From a virus, in IMG/VR virus record IMGVR_UViG_3300007513_001104: a stretch of DNA of 64,000 bases; one strand, written 5' to 3'. Shown piece by piece: positions 22,281 to 31,881 of the stretch. Positions within the stretch are counted from its first letter, which is position 1, and each line of letters starts with the position of its first letter. Both the position numbers and the translations under genes were made by a program. The notes under the pieces were generated by a model. It worked only from the letters and a program-made list of their open reading frames with translations, searched no databases and was not told the DNA's origin.

Positions 22281-23065
22281 TGTCAGATAGTAGAGTAAAA
22301 GACCAAAAAGTCCTAAATAAGTTTGAGAATTTCATAGCGAAATTTAGAGGAATGTCCTTTGCAAGGACTGAAAGGTTTGAATGTCAATTTCAATTTCCTA
22401 ATGCTTTAGAAGGCGAATGGAATAAAATTAAATCAGACCCAATGACAACCAAGAGCATGCCACAAATCGTCTCTGGAGGCACCATAAACACCGGAGGGAC
22501 TAATAGTGCGTCGGCTCCAATGGAGGCTGCTTTACTATGTGAAGAAGTTCAAATACCTGGTATGGTATTAACAAATAAAGAGGTTCCACTTGGTAATTGG
22601 AATTTTATGAGAAACAATAATGTCAACTTTTTAGGAAACGAAATTAATATTACATTCTTAACAGATAGACATTGGCAATTAAGACATTTATTTGAAGCTT
22701 GGATTGACCTTTGTGTGGATACCACATCAAAACAAGTTGCATATCCAGATGACACTCATGGTATAGTCTGGATTAATTCTTTGGATTTACAAAACAATGT
22801 AACAGCATCATGGGAGCTAATGGAAGTTACCCCCAAGGTATTAAACTTAATACCATTGGCAATGGGTGGTGTTAGTGTTGCAAGAACCACTTTAATTATA
22901 TCCTCGGCATACTGGAGGTCTAGAACCATTGATATAGATTTAAATAAAGATATTGCTGAAAAGCAAAAAGCAGAACTAGATCCTCGTTTACTTGGATATG
23001 CTGCTTACACAAACCAGATTGACGCCGACACTTACAGCCGGTGGAAAAAATATAAAGGGGATTAA
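22280..23065 (+). CDS. Tail tube initiator gp54-like / tail tube family protein
   Basis: ARTERF..LCEEVQIPG..INITF..FEAW; synteny between gp2 and gp26. Confidence 0.7.
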   Translation: MSDSRVKDQKVLNKFENFIAKFRGMSFARTERFECQFQFPNALEGEWNKIKSDPMTTKSMPQIVSGGTINTGGTNSASAPMEAALLCEEVQIPGMVLTNKEVPLGNWNFMRNNNVNFLGNEINITFLTDRHWQLRHLFEAWIDLCVDTTSKQVAYPDDTHGIVWINSLDLQNNVTASWELMEVTPKVLNLIPLAMGGVSVARTTLIISSAYWRSRTIDIDLNKDIAEKQKAELDPRLLGYAAYTNQIDADTYSRWKKYKGD

Positions 23066-23087
23066 TGATAAATAATGGAGAAAAATT

Positions 23088-23774
23088 ATGACACTACCTA
23101 GAGTAGAAACACCAACATTTGAAGGAAACTTAGCTTCAACGGGAGAGCCGATTAGATTCAGGCCTTTCTTAGTTAAAGAAGAAAAAATTCTTATGTTAGC
23201 AAACGAAGCTGAAGACTTTAAGGACATGGTAAACGCATGTGCTCAAATTGTAACAAACTGTTCTGGAATTAATGGACACGACCTTACAATGTTTGACCTA
23301 CAAGATCTTTTTATAAAAATAAGATCTAAATCTGTAGGTGAAGTAGCAGACTTTACTCTTTCATGTGGAAGCTGTAGTAAAACTACACCTTATGAACTAA
23401 GACTTGATGAGATGAAAGTCAAGGGTTTAGACAATCCACCCGATAACTTTATCAAGATTAACGAAGAAATAGGCGTACAATTAAAGTGGCCTACGGCTAT
23501 GGTTACATCGCAGATAGAGGAATTAGAAGATGAAGAAATAATTGCTAAATGTATTGATTATGTTGTTGATGGGGAAGAGACATTTAGTATTGAGGAAGAG
23601 CCTTTAGAAGAGGTTGCTTCTTTTATAGACGATCTTCCAATAGAAGTTATGGAGAAAATGAGAGACTTTTTTCAACAAATGCCTCGTATAGAACACACGG
23701 TGGAATATAAATGTCCACATTGTGAGACCGATAATGCTATTAGTATTAATGGATACGAACATTTTTTCGGTTAA
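23088..23774 (+). CDS. gp26: Baseplate hub assembly protein gp26
   Basis: MTLP..P..FRPFLVKEEKIL; IRSKSVGE; CxxC pairs; ends GYEHFFG. Confidence 0.9.
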   Translation: MTLPRVETPTFEGNLASTGEPIRFRPFLVKEEKILMLANEAEDFKDMVNACAQIVTNCSGINGHDLTMFDLQDLFIKIRSKSVGEVADFTLSCGSCSKTTPYELRLDEMKVKGLDNPPDNFIKINEEIGVQLKWPTAMVTSQIEELEDEEIIAKCIDYVVDGEETFSIEEEPLEEVASFIDDLPIEVMEKMRDFFQQMPRIEHTVEYKCPHCETDNAISINGYEHFFG

Positions 23775-23824
23775 CTCTTTCTCAGGAGAGTCTTGAAAAC
23801 TTTTACAAGACTAATTTCTTGCTT

Positions 23825-23965
23825 ATGCAAGAACATCAGTATAGTTTAACGGAGCTAGAAAACATGATGCCGTGGGAGAGAGAGGTTTACGTTTCAATGC
23901 TTATTGGGCATTTGAAGAAAAAGGCGGATAAGAAAAAACAACAACAGGAAAAAGAGAACTGGTAG
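23825..23965 (+). CDS. gp51: gp51-like baseplate hub assembly protein (missing from the ORF track; frame is open upstream to the gp26 slippery site)
   Basis: Hand translation (LENFYKTNFLL)MQEHQYSLTELENMMPWEREVYVSML matches the gp51 motif of T4-like phages. Confidence 0.8.
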   Translation: MQEHQYSLTELENMMPWEREVYVSMLIGHLKKKADKKKQQQEKENW

Positions 23966-23968
23966 AAA

Positions 23969-26900
23969 ATGGCAGACGAAAGAGTAGATAATCAAATGCT
24001 TTTGGATAAACTCGAAGGAGTAATGGATCGTCTTGAAAAGTCCGATCCCACTGATCCATCAGGCATGTTTGGCAAGTCTGTCAAAGAATTATCTACATCT
24101 AAAGATTTTAAAACCCTCCAAAAAATAGTTGATGAAAACCATGAGCGTTTAACTGAAGATACCGAAATTCTAAAAGGCGATGCCGCAACAAACAAACTAG
24201 CTAACAAAGTACAAATTGCTAAAGAAATTTATGATTCATTTAGAGAACATACAGCGAGCACATTTTATAAAGAACAAAGGAAACATAATCGAGGCGCTCG
24301 TAATTCTCGACAGAAAATGGAAAACCAGAATGATCTAATCATTCAAGACAACAAAAAAATTATTGAACTCTTAAAAGAACGTAAGAGTGGGCCTTTACTG
24401 GCAGTTGGAACCGGAGGCGGTGGCCAGCCAGATCCTTCAGCATCAGATCCTGATCAACAAAGAATTAATGAAACCGTAGACAGAATAGAGGCTAAACAGT
24501 TTAGGCTGAGCCCTAGCGAAATGCGGGATGCAGGTTATAGTAAGCGCGAGTCTGAAAGTGAAGAGTTTATTGACCTTGAAGCTCACAAAAGAAAGGATGC
24601 AGCAGAGAAAGAGAAGGCAGCTGAAGAAGTAAAGAAGAAAGAACTAAAATTCTACAAGCTCAAGGGAGATGGTGTTGATGACGCAATTAAAGACGAAACA
24701 AATTTACAAAAAACTAGAAAAAAATTATATGATGAGAAAGTTAAAGAGGCAGGTACTAATCCTTTAACAGGCGCTCAACAATATCGAGACATAGAAACAG
24801 GACAATATACAACATCTGATGAGGCTAACTGGAAGACAGCTGAACTCGCAGATGCTATTAGAGGCGGATCAGGATATGCAGGCGGTACTACAGACCGAGG
24901 GGCATCCATGGCCTCTAAAGGCGCAGCAACGTTAAGTAAAAATATTGGTGACAATGCTCCAAACATACAAAGAGGTTTAGACGAGCTTGAAAAGATAAAT
25001 GCCAAAGAAGGTTTAGAGGCTAAACAGGCTTTAGAAAAACTTACTAAAATGATGGCGCAAGCGGCATCTGGTGAAAAAGATGCGAAAGGTAAAAGAGTAT
25101 CAGCAGATGATGTTAGACAACAAGCATGGGAAACCAAACTTTTAATGCGTCGGGACAGCTTTGGTGATACCGGAGAAAAACTTACTGAGGATTTAGGCCT
25201 TGATCAAGTATCAAAAGACCTTAGTAGTGAAAGAGGTTTTAGTGCTTTGAGGGGATTTATTCCACTTAATAAAACAGGATTAAAAGACTTTGCCGGCGTT
25301 GATTCAGATGCAGGCTTTGGCAAAGGATTAAAACAAGCATTTTCACCTGAAAGGTTGTTTGGTGTTGACAAAAAGACTGGACCAAGCTTTCTTGGTAAGG
25401 TAATGAATGCACCAGGACGTCTATTTGGGGCTCGTTCGATAGAAGATAGAGTTGCAGAAGAGAAAGCAACACAAACAGTAGCAGCTAGAGATCAGGCTAA
25501 AGGTCTAGGAACCTTAATAGGAGAAGAAGGTTTAGATATAGCCACAAAAGATAAGAAAGAAGAGAAAGCAGAAGACACAAAAGATGCGGTAGAAGCCACA
25601 GCAGTAACAGTAGAAACAACAGCAGCAAAAACAGAAGGTATTGAAAAGGCAACAGAAAGAACTGCAGTAGCTACTGAAGAACTTAGAGACATGGCCAAAG
25701 ATGAAGGATCATTAATGGTTCATGATGTCCATGTTGAAGCCAAACTAGACGAATTATTAAAAGAAAAAGAGAAAAAGGACGGAAGAACAGGACAAGACAC
25801 AGAGTCAATACCTGAAAGACAATTAGAAACTCTTATTGACATGAGAGATTTGTTAGAAGAAGCTACAGCCGGTGCAGCCCTAGGAATGGACAGGAACAGT
25901 AGTGGTCCAGGATTCTTTGGAAGGATGTTCGGCAGAGGCGGAACCCCTCGAGGCGCACCACCAGGTACTAGGGTCGCAAAACCTCCTGGAAGAATGTCCA
26001 GAATGTTTAGCAAAGCAGGCTCTGCTCTTAGAGGAGCAGGTCCAGCAGCCCAAGGATTTGCCCAAGGTAGTGGTGGTGGATTGTTGAAAGGTGCGGCAAG
26101 AGGATTAACAAGATTTGGTGGCGCCATTGCTGGTGTTGGCATGGGTGTTTATGAGGGTGTAACAGGATTTAGAGATGCTGAGGCAAGAGCAGATGCAGGC
26201 GAATTAACAGCAGAAGAAGAACAAATAGAAAAAGGTGAGGCTATTGGAGGAGGCGCCGGAGGAGCAGGCGGTGCCATAGCAGGTGCAGCAGCAGGTGCAG
26301 CAATAGGCTCAGTTGTTCCGGTTATAGGTACAGCAATTGGTGGACTTATAGGTGGAGCAGTAGGTTACTTTGCAGGTAGATGGGCAGGTAAAAAAGCAGG
26401 AGGCGCTATAGCAGATGCCATTCCAGTTAGTGCTAGTGAATTAGCAGAATCTAATGAACTAGCTGAAACCACATTAGAAAATGTTGGAGAAAAAGATCCT
26501 GAATTAGTTACAACAATACGACAAGAAGCAGATCAAATAGAAGCACAGATGTTAGAAGAGGCAGGTGATGAAGTCTCAGACAATGATAAAGCTGCTATTA
26601 AAAATGCTGCTCTTGTAAAAGCAATACAAAATCATACAGCAGAAATTGATGCCCTTCCTGTAACAGGTGGAGCTCAATTAACTAGTCAAATAGAAGATGA
26701 AGATTCAGGGACAATAACAACAAGAACGACTCAAAGTATAGGTGGAACCTTTAGTGAAAGAGACCTGATGGAAAATGATCCTGAAGCATACGCTGAATTT
26801 CAAGAAGTTAAAAAACAGTTTAGAGGACAGCAAGGGGCACATTCAAAAGCAATTATAGAATGGGGTCGTATGGGAAGGACTGAAGGATTTGAAGGAGGAA

Positions 26901-27193
26901 CACTAGAAAGAACACAAAACGGAGTAGCTGTACCTGAAGGTGAAGAGATGGAGGATTTACAAGGGTCTATTGAACGGGGAACATTACCCACAGGAGATGC
27001 CATTGATAATATGACTGACCGAGCAGGCGGAGGTCCAACTACAGAGCAAGGGCCTGTTATTGTAAATAACACAGTACCTGCACCGGCACCTACACCACCA
27101 AGTGATGAGCCTAATATAGCTATTATGCCTTCTAGAGTTAGAACTTCTGATAGCGTTATACAAAGATATCAAGACAAACGTTTTAGAGTCTAA
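23969..27193 (+). CDS. Tape-measure / gp29-like hub protein
   Basis: 1074 aa, helical and charged, with a glycine-zipper hydrophobic segment (GAAAGAAIGSVVPVIGTAIGGLIGG); directly after gp26/gp51. Confidence 0.65.
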   Translation: MADERVDNQMLLDKLEGVMDRLEKSDPTDPSGMFGKSVKELSTSKDFKTLQKIVDENHERLTEDTEILKGDAATNKLANKVQIAKEIYDSFREHTASTFYKEQRKHNRGARNSRQKMENQNDLIIQDNKKIIELLKERKSGPLLAVGTGGGGQPDPSASDPDQQRINETVDRIEAKQFRLSPSEMRDAGYSKRESESEEFIDLEAHKRKDAAEKEKAAEEVKKKELKFYKLKGDGVDDAIKDETNLQKTRKKLYDEKVKEAGTNPLTGAQQYRDIETGQYTTSDEANWKTAELADAIRGGSGYAGGTTDRGASMASKGAATLSKNIGDNAPNIQRGLDELEKINAKEGLEAKQALEKLTKMMAQAASGEKDAKGKRVSADDVRQQAWETKLLMRRDSFGDTGEKLTEDLGLDQVSKDLSSERGFSALRGFIPLNKTGLKDFAGVDSDAGFGKGLKQAFSPERLFGVDKKTGPSFLGKVMNAPGRLFGARSIEDRVAEEKATQTVAARDQAKGLGTLIGEEGLDIATKDKKEEKAEDTKDAVEATAVTVETTAAKTEGIEKATERTAVATEELRDMAKDEGSLMVHDVHVEAKLDELLKEKEKKDGRTGQDTESIPERQLETLIDMRDLLEEATAGAALGMDRNSSGPGFFGRMFGRGGTPRGAPPGTRVAKPPGRMSRMFSKAGSALRGAGPAAQGFAQGSGGGLLKGAARGLTRFGGAIAGVGMGVYEGVTGFRDAEARADAGELTAEEEQIEKGEAIGGGAGGAGGAIAGAAAGAAIGSVVPVIGTAIGGLIGGAVGYFAGRWAGKKAGGAIADAIPVSASELAESNELAETTLENVGEKDPELVTTIRQEADQIEAQMLEEAGDEVSDNDKAAIKNAALVKAIQNHTAEIDALPVTGGAQLTSQIEDEDSGTITTRTTQSIGGTFSERDLMENDPEAYAEFQEVKKQFRGQQGAHSKAIIEWGRMGRTEGFEGGTLERTQNGVAVPEGEEMEDLQGSIERGTLPTGDAIDNMTDRAGGGPTTEQGPVIVNNTVPAPAPTPPSDEPNIAIMPSRVRTSDSVIQRYQDKRFRV

Positions 27194-27333
27194 TGAAACA
27201 TCAAGACGAAGAGGTATGGGAATACACCCATCGATTAAGACGTCATATTAAAAAACCAATTGAATTAAACGCGTTTGCTATAGTTTTGACACTCTGTCTG
27301 ACAGGCGTGTTGCTCTATTACCTACTTGCCTAG
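27193..27333 (+). CDS. Possible 46-aa single-TM protein (MKHQDEEVW...AIVLTLCLTGVLLYYLLA)
   Basis: TAATG stop/start coupling with the upstream gene; overlaps the lysozyme 3' end antisense. Confidence 0.35.
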   Translation: MKHQDEEVWEYTHRLRRHIKKPIELNAFAIVLTLCLTGVLLYYLLA

Positions 27334-27730
27334 CCCACTTACTATCTAACATTTCCTCAGAAGCAAGTTTCCAATGATGGTTCTCTAAATGATTGATAAA
27401 CTTTTTAAATTTACTTAACCTAGGTCTTCCTAAGTTGAACATCATATTAACAAGAACTTCTTTTAATTCATCTGGAAAATTATTCCAACGAGCCTCAAAT
27501 AATACTTCACATTCCGCTATAGATGTATCTAAGTCTTGTTGAAAGACTTCATATATTCTATCTTCGGAAACATCATAGCCTTCCGGAAGACCGTCTTCTT
27601 CATCATCTTTTGTAATCAAGTGTCCTATTCCAAACGTTAAAAATCCTAAGTGATCTTTGTATATACCATATACAATACCCTCATCAATTTTTAATTGTTC
27701 ATAGACATTGTCTCTATTTTCTTTTTTCAT
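27278..27730 (-). CDS. Lysozyme (GH24 / T4-lysozyme-like)
   Basis: DEG..YKDHLGFLTFGIGHL; NMMFNLG; EMLDSKWARQVGNRA. Confidence 0.9.
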   Translation of the reverse strand: MKKENRDNVYEQLKIDEGIVYGIYKDHLGFLTFGIGHLITKDDEEDGLPEGYDVSEDRIYEVFQQDLDTSIAECEVLFEARWNNFPDELKEVLVNMMFNLGRPRLSKFKKFINHLENHHWKLASEEMLDSKWARQVGNRATRLSDRVSKL

Positions 27731-28448
27731 TATTGTATCCTAACATTATGTCGGGTTTGAGAAAACATACTGTAATACTGATCCTTAGTTTCTCATATTT
27801 AATATTATCCGGATCGGGATAGCTTTTATTTAAACCTTGTGAGTCATCTTTCTTATATATGTAAGAGTCTGTCCCAGGTACTTCGTGTTCTAACCAGGCT
27901 GGCCACATTAATAAATCGCCTGTTTCTGGGTAGATTGTTTCTTCCAAATTAAGTTTAGATATTCCTGGTACTGAACTTGTTACCAGACTGTTTATAGGAG
28001 ATCTAAAAGTTATTGGTGCATGCTCTTCTTCTTGTTGAACATAATAAGTTCCAACTAAACAATATTGTGAATGGTGGTGCCAAGGATAATCATCTGTTTC
28101 ATCAAAGACGCTCCACCATGCTTGTACTGGCCAATATTCCTCTAACTGTTCAATCCACATATAATCAGACATTTCTTTAAAATATTTTAGTGCATGTTGA
28201 TGTATTATTGCTCTTAACGTTTTCCAACCATCTACACCTTCCATTGAATCTTTACCTTTATCATAAGCATGATTTCCTTCACTATCATATAGGCCTAATT
28301 TTCTCCAATGTTTTCCTTTTAAAGGATTCTTTTCTAAGTAATATGCTCTTTCGTCATATAACTTTGTAATAGATGTGGCAAGTCTTTTATTAAGATCAGG
28401 ATAATTTGACTTTTGTAGATACAGTTTTGTAGGAAATAAATCAATCAT
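27714..28448 (-). CDS. Putative 2OG-Fe(II) oxygenase (TIGR02466-like)
   Basis: LFPT start; W..HHH..GTYY; GDLLMWPAWLEHEV; RISI. Confidence 0.8.
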   Translation of the reverse strand: MIDLFPTKLYLQKSNYPDLNKRLATSITKLYDERAYYLEKNPLKGKHWRKLGLYDSEGNHAYDKGKDSMEGVDGWKTLRAIIHQHALKYFKEMSDYMWIEQLEEYWPVQAWWSVFDETDDYPWHHHSQYCLVGTYYVQQEEEHAPITFRSPINSLVTSSVPGISKLNLEETIYPETGDLLMWPAWLEHEVPGTDSYIYKKDDSQGLNKSYPDPDNIKYEKLRISITVCFLKPDIMLGYNNEKRK

Positions 28449-28947
28449 ATTTTGCCTTTATTATTTCTAAACATTCTTCATAAGTTTTATCAAATATTGA
28501 TACTTTAAAAAGGTGTCTTGTAGTTGTTGGTGGCATAACACCATGCCAATGTTGAGTGTTAATTAATGCAGTTTCATAATACTCATCAATGTCTGAATCT
28601 ATTCCTTCCATATTATTATCGTGTGGTTCCATACGGAAAGTTATAGGGTCTGGATTTTCATCTAATAAAACATTAACAGCACATTCCGTTTTTCTATCTT
28701 GATGAAATGGAAAACGATACCCTGCTTGTTGTATATAAAATATTGGTCTCGCATCTAAATGGCCTAATCCTAAAACATTTCTAAAAAGGTCTGCTACTTG
28801 GTTTGCATATCTTTTCTTTGTAAATTGAATATTCAAAAAGTCTAATTGAATTTTTGTTTTAGGATCAACAAAAGGCATAAGAATTTCACTCTTTAATTCT
28901 TTTAAAAGACGTTCTTTATTTACTCCAAAGTCAAATCTATGTATCAT
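28441..28947 (-). CDS. Putative Fe(II) dioxygenase / cupin-fold protein
   Basis: FPFHQD..CAVN..LINTQHWHGV..R (HxD...H triad). Confidence 0.6.
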   Translation of the reverse strand: MIHRFDFGVNKERLLKELKSEILMPFVDPKTKIQLDFLNIQFTKKRYANQVADLFRNVLGLGHLDARPIFYIQQAGYRFPFHQDRKTECAVNVLLDENPDPITFRMEPHDNNMEGIDSDIDEYYETALINTQHWHGVMPPTTTRHLFKVSIFDKTYEECLEIIKAKYD

Positions 28948-29645
28948 TGTAATAATGGGATTATATATTTGCCTGATAAATCTTTTGGACCCATTATTAA
29001 TTTACTTGGGTTCTCATGATGATTCTTATGGTAATCCTCTCCTCCTAAAAATATGTTAGATATCCAACCTAAGTTTGTTGGTTTACCTCCTTTATGGCCA
29101 TTCCAATTTAAGTGCATTGTAAGAATCCAACTCCAACTGAACATGAATGCTAACCACACTACCAACCAAGGACTAATTATGCCTAACAATATTAAAAATG
29201 TGATATATAACTTCCAATAATGTTTGGTTAACCAAACAGCATCTTTATTCTTAGCATAATTCCTCATAAAGATTGGTCTTGTATCAGCATACAAACCAAA
29301 GAAAAATCTTATAAGTCCTATTTCTTTTGGATTGTGAGGGTCTCCAGGTTCGTCACTATATTTGTGATGGTTTAAATGTGCATGTACATAATGTCCAGGC
29401 GGAGTTAATCCAGACAAGACCATACAAGAAAGCATTAACTTCCTTCCTAAGTATGAGGGTTTAAATTGATTATGCGTTAACCAACGATGATATCCTATGT
29501 TGCCTAATCTTGCCACCGAGACTGCCATTATAAAACCTAATATAATTTGCCATATAGGTAATGTTGTTATGGCCTGAGGAACACCTAGTATAGTTATTAA
29601 AAATAATAATGTAACCCGAATAACTGTCCAATCACTAAATTTCAT
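28944..29645 (-). CDS. Membrane fatty-acid desaturase (delta-9-like); start probably at 29645 (MKFSDW)
   Basis: His boxes HRWLTH, HLNHH..SD..DPH, HKNHH; TM segments; CATAAATA 5 nt upstream of the 29645 ATG. Confidence 0.85.
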   Translation of the reverse strand: MKFSDWTVIRVTLLFLITILGVPQAITTLPIWQIILGFIMAVSVARLGNIGYHRWLTHNQFKPSYLGRKLMLSCMVLSGLTPPGHYVHAHLNHHKYSDEPGDPHNPKEIGLIRFFFGLYADTRPIFMRNYAKNKDAVWLTKHYWKLYITFLILLGIISPWLVVWLAFMFSWSWILTMHLNWNGHKGGKPTNLGWISNIFLGGEDYHKNHHENPSKLIMGPKDLSGKYIIPLLQ

Positions 29646-29661
29646 ATCACTATTTATGTAC

Positions 29662-29686
29662 AAAAAGAAGCCCTCCTAAGAGGGCT
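29662..29686 (-). terminator. Intrinsic terminator after gp32
   Basis: AGCCCTC-TTAG-GAGGGCT followed by TCTTTTT on the minus strand. Confidence 0.8.
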
Positions 29687-29702
29687 CCAAAACTTTGAAA
29701 GT

Positions 29703-30611
29703 TTAGTCTTCAGCCAGGGATTTGAAATATGACAAAGTTTCATCTTCATCATCTGTGGTTGAAGGTTCTGGTGCTGCTTGGACGGACTTTACTTTTTCAA
29801 TAAAGTGATCGTCTGCTGCATCATTTGTAGTTTGAGAGATCTGCTCAGCCGTTGCGACTTTAGGACCACCTGAAAGAACTAAATCTAATTTAGCTTTAAG
29901 TTCTTCATAAGTTTTGAATTCACCGGGTCCAACCTTCTCTTGTAAAGAATGTTGTTTACCCCAAATTTCTTCAATTTTCTCATCACTACCATCAATAGGT
30001 GAAGAGTTATCAAATTCACTCTTATCATAATTACGATATCCTTCTACCTGTCGAATTTTTAATTTGAAGTTTGCTCCTTCCCAAAAGTCAAAAGGATTGA
30101 CTGGTTTCTCATCTTCAAACTGTGGTTGCATAACATCTTTAATTTTATCGAAGATCTTCTTACCAAATTTGTAGTAATATACATTACCTACTGTTTCTGG
30201 ATTAGATGAGTCTTCAACGACTAAAATGTTTGCATAATAATTTAGGCGCCTCTTTTGCTTACGGGCAATATCCTTATTAGCTTCAACACCAGAGTTCCAA
30301 AGTTCGGAATTTAATTCTGAGACTGGATCTTGCTTGTTTAAAGTTGTAAGTGAATTTTCGATATACCATTTACCGGTTGGTCCTTGGAATCCGTGATTCC
30401 ACATTCTAACCCACGGCATATCTTCGCCTTGAGGTGCAGGCAAGAACCTAATAACGGCGTAACCGTTACCTGCCTTGTCTACTGTTGGTTTCCATTCCCG
30501 CTCATCACCTTTTTTAAATGATTGGGGATTTGAGATTTTTTCGACTTCCTTCATTAAGTTGTCGAAGTTTCCGCGTTGTTTGCGGAGTTCTGAAAGTGTA
30601 TTAAACGACAT
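29703..30611 (-). CDS. gp32: Single-stranded DNA-binding protein gp32
   Basis: WKPTVDKAGNGYAVIRFLP; WYIENSLTTL; FGKKIFDKI; NPFDFWEGANFKLK; acidic tail. Confidence 0.97.
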   Translation of the reverse strand: MSFNTLSELRKQRGNFDNLMKEVEKISNPQSFKKGDEREWKPTVDKAGNGYAVIRFLPAPQGEDMPWVRMWNHGFQGPTGKWYIENSLTTLNKQDPVSELNSELWNSGVEANKDIARKQKRRLNYYANILVVEDSSNPETVGNVYYYKFGKKIFDKIKDVMQPQFEDEKPVNPFDFWEGANFKLKIRQVEGYRNYDKSEFDNSSPIDGSDEKIEEIWGKQHSLQEKVGPGEFKTYEELKAKLDLVLSGGPKVATAEQISQTTNDAADDHFIEKVKSVQAAPEPSTTDDEDETLSYFKSLAED

Positions 30612-30640
30612 ATTATTCTCCTGTATTGCGTTGTATTACG

Positions 30641-31276
30641 TTATATTTTCGTTGTATTAGAACTATTTCTAGCTCTAGCAATGTTATTTATAAGAGTTTC
30701 ATGTTTAACTGCTAGTGTTTTGGTATTACACATTACAAACGGTTCGTACCTTTTAACTAATAAACATGTATCTCCTATTAATAAATCACCTAAATAATCA
30801 TCTATAAAAGGCAGTATTTGGTTTAATATAACAACACTTTCTATTGATATATGTTTACCTAACAATAGCCTTATTTCTACTGGATGATCGTTATTAGTGC
30901 CCATTAGTTTTTCTTCAGAGTTTAGTATAACTTCTAAATCCTGTCCAAACGTGTAACTAATTCTATCTTTTCTAGCTTCCCAAGCTTTAAATATTTGGTG
31001 GCTTTCTATACCATAAGGCATACCACACTTCTTTTCTCCTGCTGCTGCATTAGCAACCGACAATGCTACAAACTCATCTTTTTTATATTTGTCGCATACC
31101 ATTTTAAACATTCCTGGCAAACCTATTTTAGCTTCAAACTTGTGTTGTGGCATAGCAATTGCTCTACCAAACTTGTATCTATCTTTAAACATATTAGGAT
31201 ATTTCTTTTGGTCGTACTTGCCCCAAAAGTGGTTTTTAACAGCTACATGAATTTTATATGCTTCTAAAGGTTCCAT
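30641..31276 (-). CDS. gp59: Helicase loader gp59-like
   Basis: AYKIHVAVKNHF..YD; HP..LLLGKHISIES; KRYEPF; synteny gp33-gp59-gp32. Confidence 0.75.
   Translation of the reverse strand: MEPLEAYKIHVAVKNHFWGKYDQKKYPNMFKDRYKFGRAIAMPQHKFEAKIGLPGMFKMVCDKYKKDEFVALSVANAAAGEKKCGMPYGIESHQIFKAWEARKDRISYTFGQDLEVILNSEEKLMGTNNDHPVEIRLLLGKHISIESVVILNQILPFIDDYLGDLLIGDTCLLVKRYEPFVMCNTKTLAVKHETLINNIARARNSSNTTKI
30685..30692 (-). promoter_or_regulatory. Late promoter for gp32, inside the gp59 3' end
   Basis: Exact TATAAATA followed by a GAAA-loop hairpin. Confidence 0.65.
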
Positions 31277-31881
31277 TTATACATCTGCCAATAATATACA
31301 TTCTTAGGCCAAACTTCTTTTGTATCTAACTCTTTGACACATTTATAACCTGAACTTTCCATTATCTTTTTAACTGTTCCAGAAGATAGTTTGTGCCAAT
31401 AATTCAAAGGATTTTGTATAAACATACCATTTGATCTGCCTAAAGGATTGTGTTTATAATCATATTCATATGGTACTACACCATCTTCTTCAACATCTAT
31501 ATTTGATATAATAATTTTATTGGGTGTAGAATGATTAACTATCTTTTCCAACAAATGCAAAGGAGCTAGCAAGTGATATAACAATCCACAACATACGACC
31601 ACATCAAAAGGCCTTCTTTGACTAAAAAACTCTTCGTAACCATTATGATATATGCTTGCATTTTGTATGCTCTTTTGTTTAATAGACTTCTTTAGCCCTT
31701 GAGCAGAAAATATTTCAGGCTCAACTAGCATTAAATAACTTGGATCTTGTTTTAGAATTAATTTTGAATGATGTCCTGGACCAGGACCTAACTCCAAAAC
31801 ACTTTCATGGCTCTCTATAGAAGAAAAGAATTCTTCATATGACCATTCTAAATATTTGTTCCACTGCTCTTTTTCATTCAT
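31264..31881 (-). CDS. Class I SAM-dependent methyltransferase
   Basis: VLELGPGPG; FDVVVCCGLLYHL. Confidence 0.85.
   Translation of the reverse strand: MNEKEQWNKYLEWSYEEFFSSIESHESVLELGPGPGHHSKLILKQDPSYLMLVEPEIFSAQGLKKSIKQKSIQNASIYHNGYEEFFSQRRPFDVVVCCGLLYHLLAPLHLLEKIVNHSTPNKIIISNIDVEEDGVVPYEYDYKHNPLGRSNGMFIQNPLNYWHKLSSGTVKKIMESSGYKCVKELDTKEVWPKNVYYWQMYKWNL

Noticed and set aside
30663-30677. 15-nt match (TAGAGCTAGAAATAG, minus strand) to the engineered SpCas9 sgRNA scaffold
   Set aside because: Flanks do not match, it lies in-frame within gp59, and a native GNRA hairpin explains it; treated as coincidence
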